64,000 nucleotides of DNA from Candidatus Deferrimicrobiaceae bacterium (GCA_041633075.1 JBFKGZ010000001.1:854-64853), one strand, 5' to 3'; positions 1 through 9,686 are shown, counted from the stretch's first letter. Program-made: numbers and translations. Notes: generated by a model not told the origin, from the letters alone.

Positions 1-203
1 ACGACGTGGTGGAAATCGACATCGGTATCGCCCTTCGCTGTGACGGTCAGATCGAAGAATCCGTGCCGGGAGAACAGGGTGAGCATATGGTCGAAGAACG
101 GCACGGACGTGGCAATCCGCCCTTCCCCCTCCCCTTCCAGCCGGAGCGTCAACCTGACGTCGGTTTCCTTCGTCGTGCGATCGACCTGCGCTTCCCTCGC
201 CAT
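1..203 (-). CDS. hisB: imidazoleglycerol-phosphate dehydratase, 5' part (gene runs off window start)
   Basis: Reverse-strand translation from ATG at 203..201 gives [68 protein letters not shown], a typical IGPD N-terminus; lies immediately after hisD (4 nt gap). Confidence 0.8.
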   Translation of the reverse strand, partial: MAREAQVDRTTKETDVRLTLRLEGEGEGRIATSVPFFDHMLTLFSRHGFFDLTVTAKGDTDVDFHHV

Positions 204-207
204 GGCC

Positions 208-1500
208 CTATGATGCCCCCTTTCCGATCCGTATCCGGACGGCCTGGGCATGGGCGAACAACCCTTCCTTTTCGGCAAGCCGCACGACGTGAGGCGCATC
301 GCCCGCAAGTGCCCGGAATTGATATGATACCACGTTCGTTCGCTTGAGGAAGGTGGCGACTCCCAGGGGGGAGGAAAACCGCGCTGCCCCGCCTGTGGGC
401 AGCGTATGGTTGATCCCGGCGAGGTAGTCCCCCACCGCGACCGGGCTGTGGTCCCCCAGAAACGCCGTCCCGGCGTTCCGGATCCTCTCGAAGGCTCTCC
501 ACGGGTCCTCGAGCATCAGGGCGAGGTGCTCGGGCGCCAGCCGGTTGACCACGTCGATCCCCTCGTCGAGTCCCTTGACGAGGAACCCCACGGCTCGGGA
601 GAGCGACCCTGCCAGGATCTTCTTTCGTGGCAGCTTTCCCCTCTGCCTCGCCAGTTCGATGTCCACCTTCCCGGCCAGCCGGGGGGAGTCGGTCACCACT
701 GCGACGAAGGCATCTTCGTCGTGCTCTGCCTGGGAGAGAATGTCCGCCGCAACGAAACGGGCTTTCGCCGTGTCGTCGGCCATCACCACCAGTTCGCTCG
801 GGCCGGCCAGCATGTCGAGCCCCACCCTGCCGTACACCTGCCGCTTCGCCTCCGTGACGTAGGCATTTCCCGGACCGACGATCACGTCCACCCGGGGGAC
901 CATTTCGGTCCCGTAGGCGAATGCAGCGATGGCCTGCGCGCCGCCGATGCGGAAGACCCCCTGGGTACCCACGATCCTCGCGGCGGCAAGAACGATGTCC
1001 GGCACTTTTCCCCCCGGTGCGGAGCAGGCGGCGTACACTTCCCGCACGCCGGCCACCTTCGCCGGAATCGTGTTCATGAGCAGGGTGGACGGATAGGCCG
1101 CCTTCCCGCCGGGGACATAGACGCCCGCGCGGGCAACCGGCAGCACCCGTTGCCCGAGAAGGGCGCCCGGAATCCCCGCGGGGAAACCGGATTCGTCCTG
1201 ATGGCGGTGGAACGACTCGATCCGGGAAGCCGCGAGAGACAGCGATGCACGGATTGCCTTCGGCGTGCGCCTCCACGCCGCATCGATTTCCTTCCGGGAA
1301 ACCGCGGCCCCTTGCCTCCGAAGGTCGAACCGGTCGAACCGCCCGGTGAATTCGACCAGTGCATCGTCGCCTTCCTCCCTTACCCGGGCCAGCACTTCGG
1401 CCACCACGGAATGCACCTTCGCCGAATCCGTATCCCCGCGCCGCTCCCCCTCGGCCAGAATCTTCCGGAACGCTGCGGTCCCCGATTTCACCCAGCGCAC
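208..1500 (-). CDS. hisD: histidinol dehydrogenase
   Basis: 430-aa ORF (GTG start) with HisD-like sequence throughout ([19 protein letters not shown]..., [20 protein letters not shown]...); part of hisD-hisB pair. Confidence 0.9.
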   Translation of the reverse strand: MRWVKSGTAAFRKILAEGERRGDTDSAKVHSVVAEVLARVREEGDDALVEFTGRFDRFDLRRQGAAVSRKEIDAAWRRTPKAIRASLSLAASRIESFHRHQDESGFPAGIPGALLGQRVLPVARAGVYVPGGKAAYPSTLLMNTIPAKVAGVREVYAACSAPGGKVPDIVLAAARIVGTQGVFRIGGAQAIAAFAYGTEMVPRVDVIVGPGNAYVTEAKRQVYGRVGLDMLAGPSELVVMADDTAKARFVAADILSQAEHDEDAFVAVVTDSPRLAGKVDIELARQRGKLPRKKILAGSLSRAVGFLVKGLDEGIDVVNRLAPEHLALMLEDPWRAFERIRNAGTAFLGDHSPVAVGDYLAGINHTLPTGGAARFSSPLGVATFLKRTNVVSYQFRALAGDAPHVVRLAEKEGLFAHAQAVRIRIGKGAS

Positions 1501-1509
1501 GCGACCTCC

Positions 1510-2781
1510 CTATTCCTCCACCCGGACGATGTCGGCGCCCAGGGAGGAAAGTTTTCGTTCCAGCATCTCGTACCCCCGGTCGAGGTGGTAGATGCGGAGG
1601 ATCTCGGTTGTCCCGTTCCCGGCCAGTCCCGCCAGAACGAGGGAGGCGGACGCCCGCAGGTCGGTAGCCATGCAGGGGGCGCCGGCAAGCCTGGGAACGC
1701 CCTTGACTGCGGCGGTGTTCCCCGAAATATCGATCTGGGCCCCCATCCGGCGGAGCTCCGCCACGTGCATGAACCGGTTTTCGAAAACCGTTTCCCGGAT
1801 GATGCTGAACCCCTCGCAGAGGCACATGTAGGCCATGAATTGCGCCTGCCCATCGGTCGGAAACCCCGGATGGGGAGAGGTTTTGATGTTGACCGACCGG
1901 ATCGTCCCGTTCCTCCGCACCCTCACCGCACCCGGCAGGAGGGATACGTCGGCACCGCTCTCGGAAAGCTTCTCGAGGATGGCGCCCATCGTCTCCGCAT
2001 CTGCCCCTTCGGCGGTCACGTCGCCGCCGGTGATCGCACCCGCCAGCAACAGCGTCGCTGCCTCGATCCTGTCGGGCATCACTTCGTGCCGGACCCCGGA
2101 CAGGGAGGAGACGCCACGAACGACGATTTCGTCCGTCCCTTCTCCCTCGATCTCCGCACCCATGCCGCGGAGCGCACGGGCGAGGTCGCATACCTCGGGC
2201 TCCTGGGCGGCGTTTTTCAGGACCGTGGTCCCCCGTGCCATCGTGGCGGCCATCATCAGGTTCTCGGTCCCGGTGACCGTTTTCACGTCGAAGTAGATCG
2301 TGGTCCCGGTAAGCCTGTCGGCCCGGGCCTCGATATACCCCTCCGCAAGCTTCGTCTCTGCTCCGAGAAGCGAAAGCCCCTTGAGGTGCTGATCGATCGG
2401 GCGGGCGCCGATGGCGCACCCGCCGGGGAGGGAAATCCTCGCCATGCCGAACCGGGCCACCAAGGGGCCGAGCACGAGGACGGAAGCGCGCATCCTCTTC
2501 ACCATGTCGTAGGGAGCTTCCGCTTTCCGGGCCTCCCGCGTGTCGATGCGGAGAACGGAAGAACCCGGCTCCCCGGTTTCCGCGCGCGTAACCGATGCGC
2601 CCATCAACTCCAGCAGCGTTCCGAAGGTATCAATGTCCCGCAGGCGGGGAACATTGGCAATCTCCACGGGCCCTTCCGCAAGCAGCGATGCCGCCATGAT
2701 CGGAAGAACGGCGTTTTTCGCCCCCGACACCCGGACAGCGCCCGAAAGCGGGTTTCCTCCATTGATGTGGAACGTGTCCAG
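1510..2781 (-). CDS. murA: UDP-N-acetylglucosamine 1-carboxyvinyltransferase
   Basis: MurA homology along full length. The conserved N-terminus (LDTFHINGGNPLSGAVRVSGAKNAVLPIMAA, cf. E. coli [31 protein letters not shown]) lies upstream of the first GTG (2730); the only in-frame initiator after the upstream TAG is CTG 2781..2779, preceded by AGGAGG at 5-nt spacing. Conservative alternative: GTG start at 2730. Confidence 0.85.
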   Translation of the reverse strand: MDTFHINGGNPLSGAVRVSGAKNAVLPIMAASLLAEGPVEIANVPRLRDIDTFGTLLELMGASVTRAETGEPGSSVLRIDTREARKAEAPYDMVKRMRASVLVLGPLVARFGMARISLPGGCAIGARPIDQHLKGLSLLGAETKLAEGYIEARADRLTGTTIYFDVKTVTGTENLMMAATMARGTTVLKNAAQEPEVCDLARALRGMGAEIEGEGTDEIVVRGVSSLSGVRHEVMPDRIEAATLLLAGAITGGDVTAEGADAETMGAILEKLSESGADVSLLPGAVRVRRNGTIRSVNIKTSPHPGFPTDGQAQFMAYMCLCEGFSIIRETVFENRFMHVAELRRMGAQIDISGNTAAVKGVPRLAGAPCMATDLRASASLVLAGLAGNGTTEILRIYHLDRGYEMLERKLSSLGADIVRVEE

Positions 2782-2790
2782 AAACTCCTC

Positions 2791-3657
2791 CTATCCGCCC
2801 CGCTCCCCCCCCACCGGGAGGATCCAGCGGCCCACGCGATCCCGCCCCGCCAGGTCCTTCTCTACGCCGACGAAGCGCAGGGGGCCGCAGGGGAGCTTTT
2901 GCACAGAAACGCCTTGCGACTCACCGATCTCCAGCCAGAGCGTCCCCCCCGGCTTCAAATATTCCCAGGCATCCGCCACGAGAGGACGAATCACCGACAT
3001 CCCGTCCGGACCGGCCAAAATGGCCCCCGCCGGCTCGAATCCCCGGACATCCCAGGGAAGCGAATCCCATTCCATTTCGGAAACGTACGGGGGGTTCGAA
3101 ACCACTACATCAAAACGGACCCCTCTTTTCAAGGCGGAATATTTATCCGCGCGGAGAAACCGGACCCGGCCGGCAACCCCGTGGCGGCGGGCGTTTTCCC
3201 GGGCGACGGCCAGACATTCACCGGACACGTCCGATGCGAGCACCTCCACCCCGGAGAGTTCCGCCGCGAGCGTCACGGCGATGGCCCCGCACCCCGTGCC
3301 GACGTCGAGCATTCTTCCCGTCCCCCCCCTCTCCCGCCGCCATTCCTCGACGATACGCTCGACCAGCCCCTCCGTCTCGGGTCTCGGAATGAGCGTGTCG
3401 CGCGTCAATTGGAATTCGCGCCCGTAGAAATCCCACGCTCCCAGAATGTACTGGACGGGTTCTCCGGAAAACCTGCGCCGGAGAAGGGAACGAAGGGCGG
3501 GAGCCGAATTGCCGACCTCCCTTTCCGCCTCCCGGGATATGCGGGAACGGGGGATTCCGGTCAGGTGGGAGACAAGGATCTCGGCTTCGGGCAAGGAGCG
3601 AAAACCCCTCTCCTCCATCTCCCTGCGGCAAAGCGCGAGGAGTTCGAAGAGTTGCAT
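2791..3657 (-). CDS. prmC: release factor glutamine N5-methyltransferase (HemK/PrmC)
   Basis: 288-aa ORF with SAM-MTase motifs (LDVGTGCGAIAV, NPPY) directly downstream of prfA. Confidence 0.85.
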   Translation of the reverse strand: MQLFELLALCRREMEERGFRSLPEAEILVSHLTGIPRSRISREAEREVGNSAPALRSLLRRRFSGEPVQYILGAWDFYGREFQLTRDTLIPRPETEGLVERIVEEWRRERGGTGRMLDVGTGCGAIAVTLAAELSGVEVLASDVSGECLAVARENARRHGVAGRVRFLRADKYSALKRGVRFDVVVSNPPYVSEMEWDSLPWDVRGFEPAGAILAGPDGMSVIRPLVADAWEYLKPGGTLWLEIGESQGVSVQKLPCGPLRFVGVEKDLAGRDRVGRWILPVGGERGG

Positions 3658-3674
3658 GCGGGGTCGGACGGCGT

Positions 3675-4741
3675 TCAGCCGGCGTGCTTGAGCGCTTCGG
3701 TCTGGGCGCGAGCGATCAGGGCATCCACGAACACGTCGATTCCCCCGTTCAACACCAGGGACAGCTGATGGACGGTCAACCCGATGCGGTGGTCGGTCAC
3801 CCGGCCCTGCGGGAAGTTGTACGTGCGGATCCGCTCGCTCCGGTCCCCCGTCCCCACCATTGCCTTGCGCATGCCCGCCCGCTCGGCGTTCTGTCGGGCC
3901 ATTTCCTGGTCGTACAGTCTCGACCGGAGGATCTTCAGCGCCTTGGACTTGTTCTTCAGCTGGGATTTCTCGTCCTGGCAGGAGACAACCAGCCCCGTCG
4001 GAATGTGCGTGATCCGGACCGCCGAGTCCGTCGTGTTCACGCTTTGTCCGCCGGGGCCCGAAGAGCGGAAGACGTCGATGCGAAGGTCGTCGGGGGCGAT
4101 CTGGATGTCTACCTCCTCGGCCTCCGGGATCACCGCCACCGTCACCGTGGAAGTGTGAATCCGCCCCCCCCCTCCGTGGCGGGCACCCGCTGGACCCGGT
4201 GAACGCCGCTTTCGAACTTCAGCCGGCTGTAGGCGCCCTTCCCCTCGATCATCGCGATGACCTCTTTGGTCCCCCCGAGGCCCGTCTCGCTGTGGGAGAG
4301 CATTTCCACCCTCCACTCCTTCGCCGCGGCGTACATCGTATAGGACCGGAACAGCTCGGAAGCGAACAGGGCGGCTTCCTCCCCGCCGGCCCCTGCACGG
4401 ATTTCGACGAGGATGTTCTTCTCGTCGTTCGGATCCTTCGGCAGAAGGAGAACGCGCATCTCCCCCTCGAGCCGCTCCCTCTCCTCCGTGAGTCTGGCGA
4501 CTTCCTCCCGGGCAAGCGCCCGCATCTCCGGATCCTTCTCCGACTGGGCAAGGGAAAGGTTTTCCTCCAACTCCCGGCTTATCTTCCGGTATTGGGCGTA
4601 CCCTTCGGCCAGGGGCCTCACCTCGGCCAGTTCCCGGCCCAGTCTCTGGAGCTCCCGCGGGTTGCCCGTCACGACGGGGTCCCCCATCAGGCGCGTGATC
4701 TCCTCGACGCGACCCTGGATCCCCTCGAGCTTATCCCACAT
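3675..4741 (-). pseudogene. prfA: peptide chain release factor 1, reading frame broken by 1-nt indel in a C9/G9 homopolymer (4164..4172)
   Basis: N-terminal part (ATG 4741, RBS GGAGGG; ...[13 protein letters not shown]) is in ORF 4142..4801. The C-terminal part with the GGQ motif ([12 protein letters not shown]...[23 protein letters not shown]) is in ORF 3675..4316, in another frame. The PAT tripeptide identifies RF1, not RF2. Confidence 0.8.
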
Positions 4742-4837
4742 GGAAACCCTCCGATCCTGCCTCTTGCATCCCGCGGGGAAAAGACGGGCCCTCGATGACA
4801 ACCCCCCCGGGGACGAACGCCTGTCGTTCCGCGGATC

Positions 4838-5584
4838 TCATCGGGCGCCCCCGCGCTGCGCCGCCAACTCCCGCTTCACCCCAGCGGCGTCCCCGCAGCT
4901 CATCTTCCCCTCGGGGCAGCGCCCCCGCAGACAACCCGGACCGGCGCTCTCGAAAAGGAGGGGTGCCTTCGCATATGCGATCGCAAGCATTCTCTTGCCC
5001 ATTTCCCGGATCTCCCATTGGGCGCGCCGGCACAGCCGCAAGGCGAAGAAGTGATGCAGCTCCCGGGCGTTCATGCTGATCAGGATCTTCGTCTCGGTAG
5101 CGTTGGGCAGAACAAATCGGGCGTCCTCTGCCGGGATGCCGCCCTTGAGCATCTCCTCGTAAAGCGCCGAGCACTTTCTCATGTGCTCCTCGAACTTATC
5201 ATACAGCGGATTGCCCTCCGGCGCCCCGGCGGGTTTCTTTCTTCCCCGATTCGTGCCGCCCCGCCGGACGAGGGACTTCGGCGTCACATACCCGAAGGTT
5301 GCGGCGACATACCGCTGGCTCTGCTGGGAATAGGAGGCGATTCGGTGGCGAACCAGCTGGTGCGAGGTCGCCCGGGAGATACCCTCGACGCCGTACGTGA
5401 GGGTCACATGCTCCAGCACCGAGGCGTGCCCCATCGACAGAACGCGGCGGACGAGATTGCGGACGTCTTTCCCGGAGATGTCCTCCCGCAGGTCATCGAT
5501 CGAGACGGGAGAGTAGCACAGGCGTGCAGCCAGCGCCACCAGCCTTTCGGGCTCCGGGGTGCACTGCAGGAGGATTACGTTCAC
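4838..5584 (-). CDS. thyX: flavin-dependent thymidylate synthase
   Basis: 248-aa ORF with ThyX signature RHRIASYSQQSQRY (RHRX7-8S motif). Confidence 0.85.
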   Translation of the reverse strand: MNVILLQCTPEPERLVALAARLCYSPVSIDDLREDISGKDVRNLVRRVLSMGHASVLEHVTLTYGVEGISRATSHQLVRHRIASYSQQSQRYVAATFGYVTPKSLVRRGGTNRGRKKPAGAPEGNPLYDKFEEHMRKCSALYEEMLKGGIPAEDARFVLPNATETKILISMNARELHHFFALRLCRRAQWEIREMGKRMLAIAYAKAPLLFESAGPGCLRGRCPEGKMSCGDAAGVKRELAAQRGGAR

Positions 5585-5608
5585 GGAAGGAGGGACGCCA
5601 AGCGTCCC

Positions 5609-5812
5609 TTATCGGGTCTTGTCGTACTTCTTGTGGAACTTCTCGATCCGGCCCGCGGTGTCGACCAGCTTCTGCTTACCGGTATAGAACGGGTGGCAGT
5701 TGGCGCAGATCGCCACCTTGATCTCATTGATCGCGGACAAGGTTTCGAAGGTGTTTCCGCATGCGCATTTGACCGTCGACTTCATGTATTTCGGGTGGAT
5801 GTCCGGCTTCAT
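5609..5812 (-). CDS. rpmE: 50S ribosomal protein L31
   Basis: 67-aa [12 protein letters not shown]...CACGNTFET...[13 protein letters not shown], classic L31 with Zn-binding cysteines. Confidence 0.9.
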   Translation of the reverse strand: MKPDIHPKYMKSTVKCACGNTFETLSAINEIKVAICANCHPFYTGKQKLVDTAGRIEKFHKKYDKTR

Positions 5813-5834
5813 CGGGTTGTCGCTTCCTCCCTGG

Positions 5835-7082
5835 TCACGTATTCATCGAGTCGAGAAAATCCTGGTTGGTCTTCGTCTTGGAAATCTTGTCGAGGAGGAA
5901 TTCCATGCTCTCCGCGGGAGACAGCGGGGAGAGGAATTTCCGCAGCACCCAGATCCGCTGGAGAACCGGCTTCTCGAGCAGGAGCTCTTCCTTTCTCGTC
6001 CCGGACTTGTTGATGTCGATGGCGGGAAAGATCCGCTTTTCGGAGATCTTCCGGTCGAGGACGAGTTCCATGTTCCCCGTACCCTTGAACTCCTCGAAGA
6101 TCACCTCGTCCATACGGCTTCCCGTCTCGATCAGCGCCGTGGCGATGATCGTCAGGGATCCGCCCTCCTCGATGTTCCGGGCGGCGCCGAAGAACCGTTT
6201 CGGTTTCTGCAGCGCGTTCGCGTCCACGCCGCCGGAGAGGACCTTCCCCGAAGGGGGAACCACCGCATTGTAGGCCCGCGCCAGGCGGGTGATGCTGTCG
6301 AGGAGGATCACCACGTCCTTCTTGTGTTCCACGAGGCGCTTGGCCTTCTCCAGAACCATCTCGGCCACCTGCACGTGCCGCTGCGCCGGTTCGTCGAACG
6401 TGGAGGAGATGACCTCTCCGTTCACGCTGCGCTGCATGTCGGTGACCTCTTCGGGGCGCTCATCGATGAGCAGGACGATGAGGACGACTTCCGCATGGTT
6501 CTTCGTGAGGCCGTTCGCGATGTTCTGGAGGATGATGGTCTTGCCGGCCCGGGGAGGGGAAGTGATCAGCGCTCGCTGCCCCTTTCCGATGGGAGCGACG
6601 AGGTCGATGATGCGCGTCGAGTAGTTGTCGTGCACATGCTCCATCGTGAACTTTTCCTGCGGATAGAGCGGGGTCAGATTGTCGAAGATGATCTTGTCCT
6701 TCGCTATCTCCGGGTCCTCGGTGTTGATCTTCTCCACCTTGAGGAGGGCGAAATACCGCTCGTCCCCCTTGGGCGCCCGGATCTGGCCCGTCACCGTGTC
6801 TCCGGTGCGCAGCCCGAAACGGCGGATCTGCGAGGGAGAGACGTAGATGTCGTCGGGCCCCGGCAGATAGTTGGAATCCGGGGAACGCAAAAAACCGTAG
6901 CCGTCAGGGAGAACCTCGAGAACGCCCTCTCCGGAGACAATGACCTCCTGGTCGGTCTGGGCCTGCAGGATGGCGAAAATGAGTTCCTGTTTCTTGAGGC
7001 CTGCGGCGCCGTCGACATGGAGGCTTTTCGCTATTTCCGTGAGATCCCCGATACGCATCGCTTTCAGTTCTTTCAGATTCAT
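5835..7082 (-). CDS. rho: transcription termination factor Rho
   Basis: Full-length Rho homology (MNLKELKAM...; Walker [11 protein letters not shown]; ...[10 protein letters not shown]). Start taken as the second ATG (7082), which matches the E. coli MNLTELK N-terminus and has better SD spacing; the track ORF begins 6 nt upstream at 7088. Confidence 0.9.
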   Translation of the reverse strand: MNLKELKAMRIGDLTEIAKSLHVDGAAGLKKQELIFAILQAQTDQEVIVSGEGVLEVLPDGYGFLRSPDSNYLPGPDDIYVSPSQIRRFGLRTGDTVTGQIRAPKGDERYFALLKVEKINTEDPEIAKDKIIFDNLTPLYPQEKFTMEHVHDNYSTRIIDLVAPIGKGQRALITSPPRAGKTIILQNIANGLTKNHAEVVLIVLLIDERPEEVTDMQRSVNGEVISSTFDEPAQRHVQVAEMVLEKAKRLVEHKKDVVILLDSITRLARAYNAVVPPSGKVLSGGVDANALQKPKRFFGAARNIEEGGSLTIIATALIETGSRMDEVIFEEFKGTGNMELVLDRKISEKRIFPAIDINKSGTRKEELLLEKPVLQRIWVLRKFLSPLSPAESMEFLLDKISKTKTNQDFLDSMNT

Positions 7083-7328
7083 GCACATTCCCCCGAAATT
7101 GTAAGCTGGTCGGATTTCCTGATGTGTTCGTATCTATCGTATAGATGGGTAGAAAGACTCCGGCAGGTTCTCCGGCTATTCGTACGATTCATTTTCCGCC
7201 GTGCGGTTTCCCGATGTCAAGGAAAATCGCCTGACGTTCCTCACGCGTCTACTCCCGGTGCATGGGGAAGGCGTTTCCGTCCTTCCGCAGCGATCGGCTC
7301 CTTCGGCATCCTGTTTCTTCGGAGAGAG

Positions 7329-8066
7329 CTATTGCGGGAACGCGTCCGTAATATAGATAAAACTCAGCTGTCGGCCGGTCAAGGATCTTTCGCGGCGATA
7401 CGAGTGGAACGAGCGGGAGCAGACCGTGCAGGGGCCAACTGCCTCGAGGTTTTCTCCGGGCACCCCCGCGGCGGCAAGGCCTTCCAGGGCAAGAGATGCA
7501 AGATCCGCCATCCATTTTCCCGCCGATTTTCCCCGGAACAGAAACCGCCCTCCCCCGGGAAGCGGCCGGAGAAGGTCCGCCACCTCCCCCCCGATTTCGT
7601 AGCAGCATCCTCGGGCCGAAGGCCCCACCGCAGCGACAAGTCCCCCGGAAGCGGCGATCCCGAAGCGCCCGCTCATCCGGCGAACGGTCTTTCCAACGAT
7701 CCCGGCGGCAAACCCCCTCCATCCGGCATGGACCGCGGCGCAGGCCCGCGCCTCCGGAACGGCGATCAGGATCGGAACGCAGTCGGCAGTGCGTATGCCG
7801 ACCCCCGTCCCCCGCACTGCGGTGAACAAGGCGTCTCCTTTCCGCTTCCCCTCCGCTCCCGGGACCGCGTCCCCTTCCGCCCATTCCAGAACGGTCGCGG
7901 AGTGGACCTGCCGCAGCGTTCCGACCCGGGACGGGGATATGGCGAACACGCTTTGCAGCCTGCCCGCATCCCCTCGTTCCGGCAGCGGGTCGACTCCCAA
8001 AAACGCGTGGTAGAACCCGGGCACGGACCGGAGCAGGGGAGACTGGACGAAGTGGGGAAGGATCAC
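7329..8066 (-). CDS. pgeF: YfiH/PgeF family (DUF152) purine-nucleoside phosphorylase / peptidoglycan-editing factor
   Basis: Conserved VHAGWRG and C-terminal SYRRERS..GRQLSFIYI motifs. Homology to YfiH begins near VILPHFVQ, so I propose GTG start at 8066 (AAGAGGG upstream) rather than the ORF-track start at 8231. Confidence 0.7.
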   Translation of the reverse strand: MILPHFVQSPLLRSVPGFYHAFLGVDPLPERGDAGRLQSVFAISPSRVGTLRQVHSATVLEWAEGDAVPGAEGKRKGDALFTAVRGTGVGIRTADCVPILIAVPEARACAAVHAGWRGFAAGIVGKTVRRMSGRFGIAASGGLVAAVGPSARGCCYEIGGEVADLLRPLPGGGRFLFRGKSAGKWMADLASLALEGLAAAGVPGENLEAVGPCTVCSRSFHSYRRERSLTGRQLSFIYITDAFPQ

Positions 8067-8233
8067 CTGCGCAGCCCTCTTGCCGCCGGATGGCGGGGCA
8101 ACGTCCCGGATGCAAAGCCGACGCAGGCGCTCCCGCAGCAGGGCGATGGCGACGGAGCAGCCGAGGAAGGGGGTTCCGAACGGAGCTTCTCGGGGAGGAA
8201 GGGCGAGCGCAGACTTGCGGGTGGTTCGCAAGT

Positions 8234-8276
8234 CGAGCGACGAAGCGAGGGGCCCCCTCCGAGGATGCGGAAGCGG
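8234..8276. repeat. partial copy (core only) of intergenic repeat family (see 35359, 38296, 63950)
   Basis: cgagcgacgaagcgaggggccccctccgaggatgcggaagcgg is ~85% identical to the ...cgagccacgaRcggagcccccctccgaggatgcggagccg core of the larger copies. Confidence 0.4.
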
Positions 8277-8352
8277 CTCATGGCGCGTCCACAGCCGACT
8301 CTCTCACCCTGGAACATTGTAATAACGTCCCGGAACTATACATGGAGGCCAT

Positions 8353-9375
8353 TTACCGCCCTGCCGCCAGGACCGCCGCCCGGAACTCCCCGAACTCCGG
8401 CGGGTCCGGCGCCGTGAACTCCATTTGTCGTCCCGTGTGAGGGTGCACAAACCCCAGACGGAACGCATGCAGCAGAAAGCGCGAAACCGTCACCGTTCCC
8501 GCTGTCTTGCCCCGGCCCAAAGCAACCTCCCGCGGTCTCCCGTACACGTCGTCGCCCACAATCGGACAGGAAAGGTGGGCGCAGTGAAGCCGCACCTGGT
8601 GCGTTCGGCCCGTCTCCAGATCGAACTCGAGAAGGGAGAATCCCCCGAATGACTCGAGAAAGCGGTATCGGGTAACCGCGATCCTCCTGCCGCGCAAGCC
8701 TCCGGGAGGAACGATTCCGGGCTTCGCTGCGGTCCCGCCACGGGTGACCCGCGGAAGCACGACGGGGAAAACCGCCATCTTCCTCCGGTGAACGGGGTGC
8801 CTCCCCACCCGCGTCCGGATCTCCCCCTCGTCCCGCGGAGGTCTTCCCCAGACGATACCCCGATATCGACGGACCATCTTGTGAGCAGCCAGCTGCGAGG
8901 AGAGGCCCGAATGGGAGGCATCATGTTTCGCGACCACGATGATACCGGAGGTGTCCCTGTCGAGCCGGTGGACAATTCCCGGCCGATCGACCCCGCCGAT
9001 TCCCGAGAGGCTGCCGGCGCGTGACAGAAGGGCGTGGACAAGCGTTCCGGCACGATGCCCGGGGGCCGGGTGTACCACCATCCCCGCCGGCTTTCCGACC
9101 ACCATCAGATGATCGTCCTCGAACAGCACGGCGACAGGGCGGTTTTCGGGGACGAGATCCAGAGGGCGGGGCGAAGGAATGGAAACCGTGATCCTTTCGT
9201 TTCCTTTGAGCTTTACCGACGGCCTTGCCTCCGCACCCCGCAGGGTCACCAGCCCCTCACTGATCAACTGCTGGATCCGGGACCGGGACAGGGTGGGCAG
9301 GGCACCGGAAAGATACCGGTCCAGCCGCTCCCCCGCATTTTCCGGGGGAACCGTGAGACGGTGGGTAACCGCCAC
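8353..9375 (-). CDS. rluD: 23S rRNA pseudouridine synthase, RluA/RluD family
   Basis: N-terminal S4-like domain plus catalytic motif HRLDRDTSGIIVVAKHD. Confidence 0.85.
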   Translation of the reverse strand: MAVTHRLTVPPENAGERLDRYLSGALPTLSRSRIQQLISEGLVTLRGAEARPSVKLKGNERITVSIPSPRPLDLVPENRPVAVLFEDDHLMVVGKPAGMVVHPAPGHRAGTLVHALLSRAGSLSGIGGVDRPGIVHRLDRDTSGIIVVAKHDASHSGLSSQLAAHKMVRRYRGIVWGRPPRDEGEIRTRVGRHPVHRRKMAVFPVVLPRVTRGGTAAKPGIVPPGGLRGRRIAVTRYRFLESFGGFSLLEFDLETGRTHQVRLHCAHLSCPIVGDDVYGRPREVALGRGKTAGTVTVSRFLLHAFRLGFVHPHTGRQMEFTAPDPPEFGEFRAAVLAAGR

Positions 9376-9385
9376 GGACCTTAAA

Positions 9386-9652
9386 CTACCAGGCCTTGGA
9401 GGGTACGTGGCCCCAGGGCTTCACCAGGAGATCGACCAGGGCCCGATTGAAGAAATTGGTGCTCTTGATGACTTCGGGGTCGACGCGGCTCAGATAATAG
9501 TTCCTCCCTTCCTCGATCTCGCCTTTCAGAAGGTCGAACAGGTTGTCCTTCGCGATCCCCTCCTCCACCTTCTTCGCGTTATACAGGGCAATGTCCGATA
9601 CGACCGCCCGGGCAACGCGCCGTGCCACGTCCGGATCCTTTACGACCCCCAT
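9386..9652 (-). CDS. hypothetical small acidic protein (88 aa)
   Basis: ATG 9652 preceded by strong RBS AAGGAGG at 6-nt spacing; exactly fills the gap between htrA stop (9687) and rluD start (9375); no family recognised by eye. Confidence 0.5.
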   Translation of the reverse strand: MGVVKDPDVARRVARAVVSDIALYNAKKVEEGIAKDNLFDLLKGEIEEGRNYYLSRVDPEVIKSTNFFNRALVDLLVKPWGHVPSKAW

Positions 9653-9686
9653 CTCTTCCTCCTTGCCCTCTGTTCGTTTCTCCTGA

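Noticed and set aside
149-2419. 756-aa minus-strand ORF overlapping hisD and murA in another frame
   Set aside because: Same-strand alternative frame of two well-conserved genes, and the translation is Arg/Gly-rich nonsense.
406-3768. Very long plus-strand ORFs (e.g. 406..3768 at 1120 aa, 5700..8417 at 905 aa, 39723..42965 at 1080 aa, 27777..29828 at 683 aa) and many shorter ones antisense to annotated genes
   Set aside because: Low-complexity, Arg/Pro/Gly-rich translations with no recognisable domains, lying antisense to strongly conserved housekeeping genes. These are typical stop-codon-poor antisense frames in GC-rich DNA.
4142-4200. Possibility that the release-factor frameshift is the programmed +1 frameshift known from prfB
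   Set aside because: The gene is RF1 (PAT motif, followed by prmC). The break is a -1-type discontinuity in a homopolymer, not the CUU-UGA-C with internal SD site of prfB.
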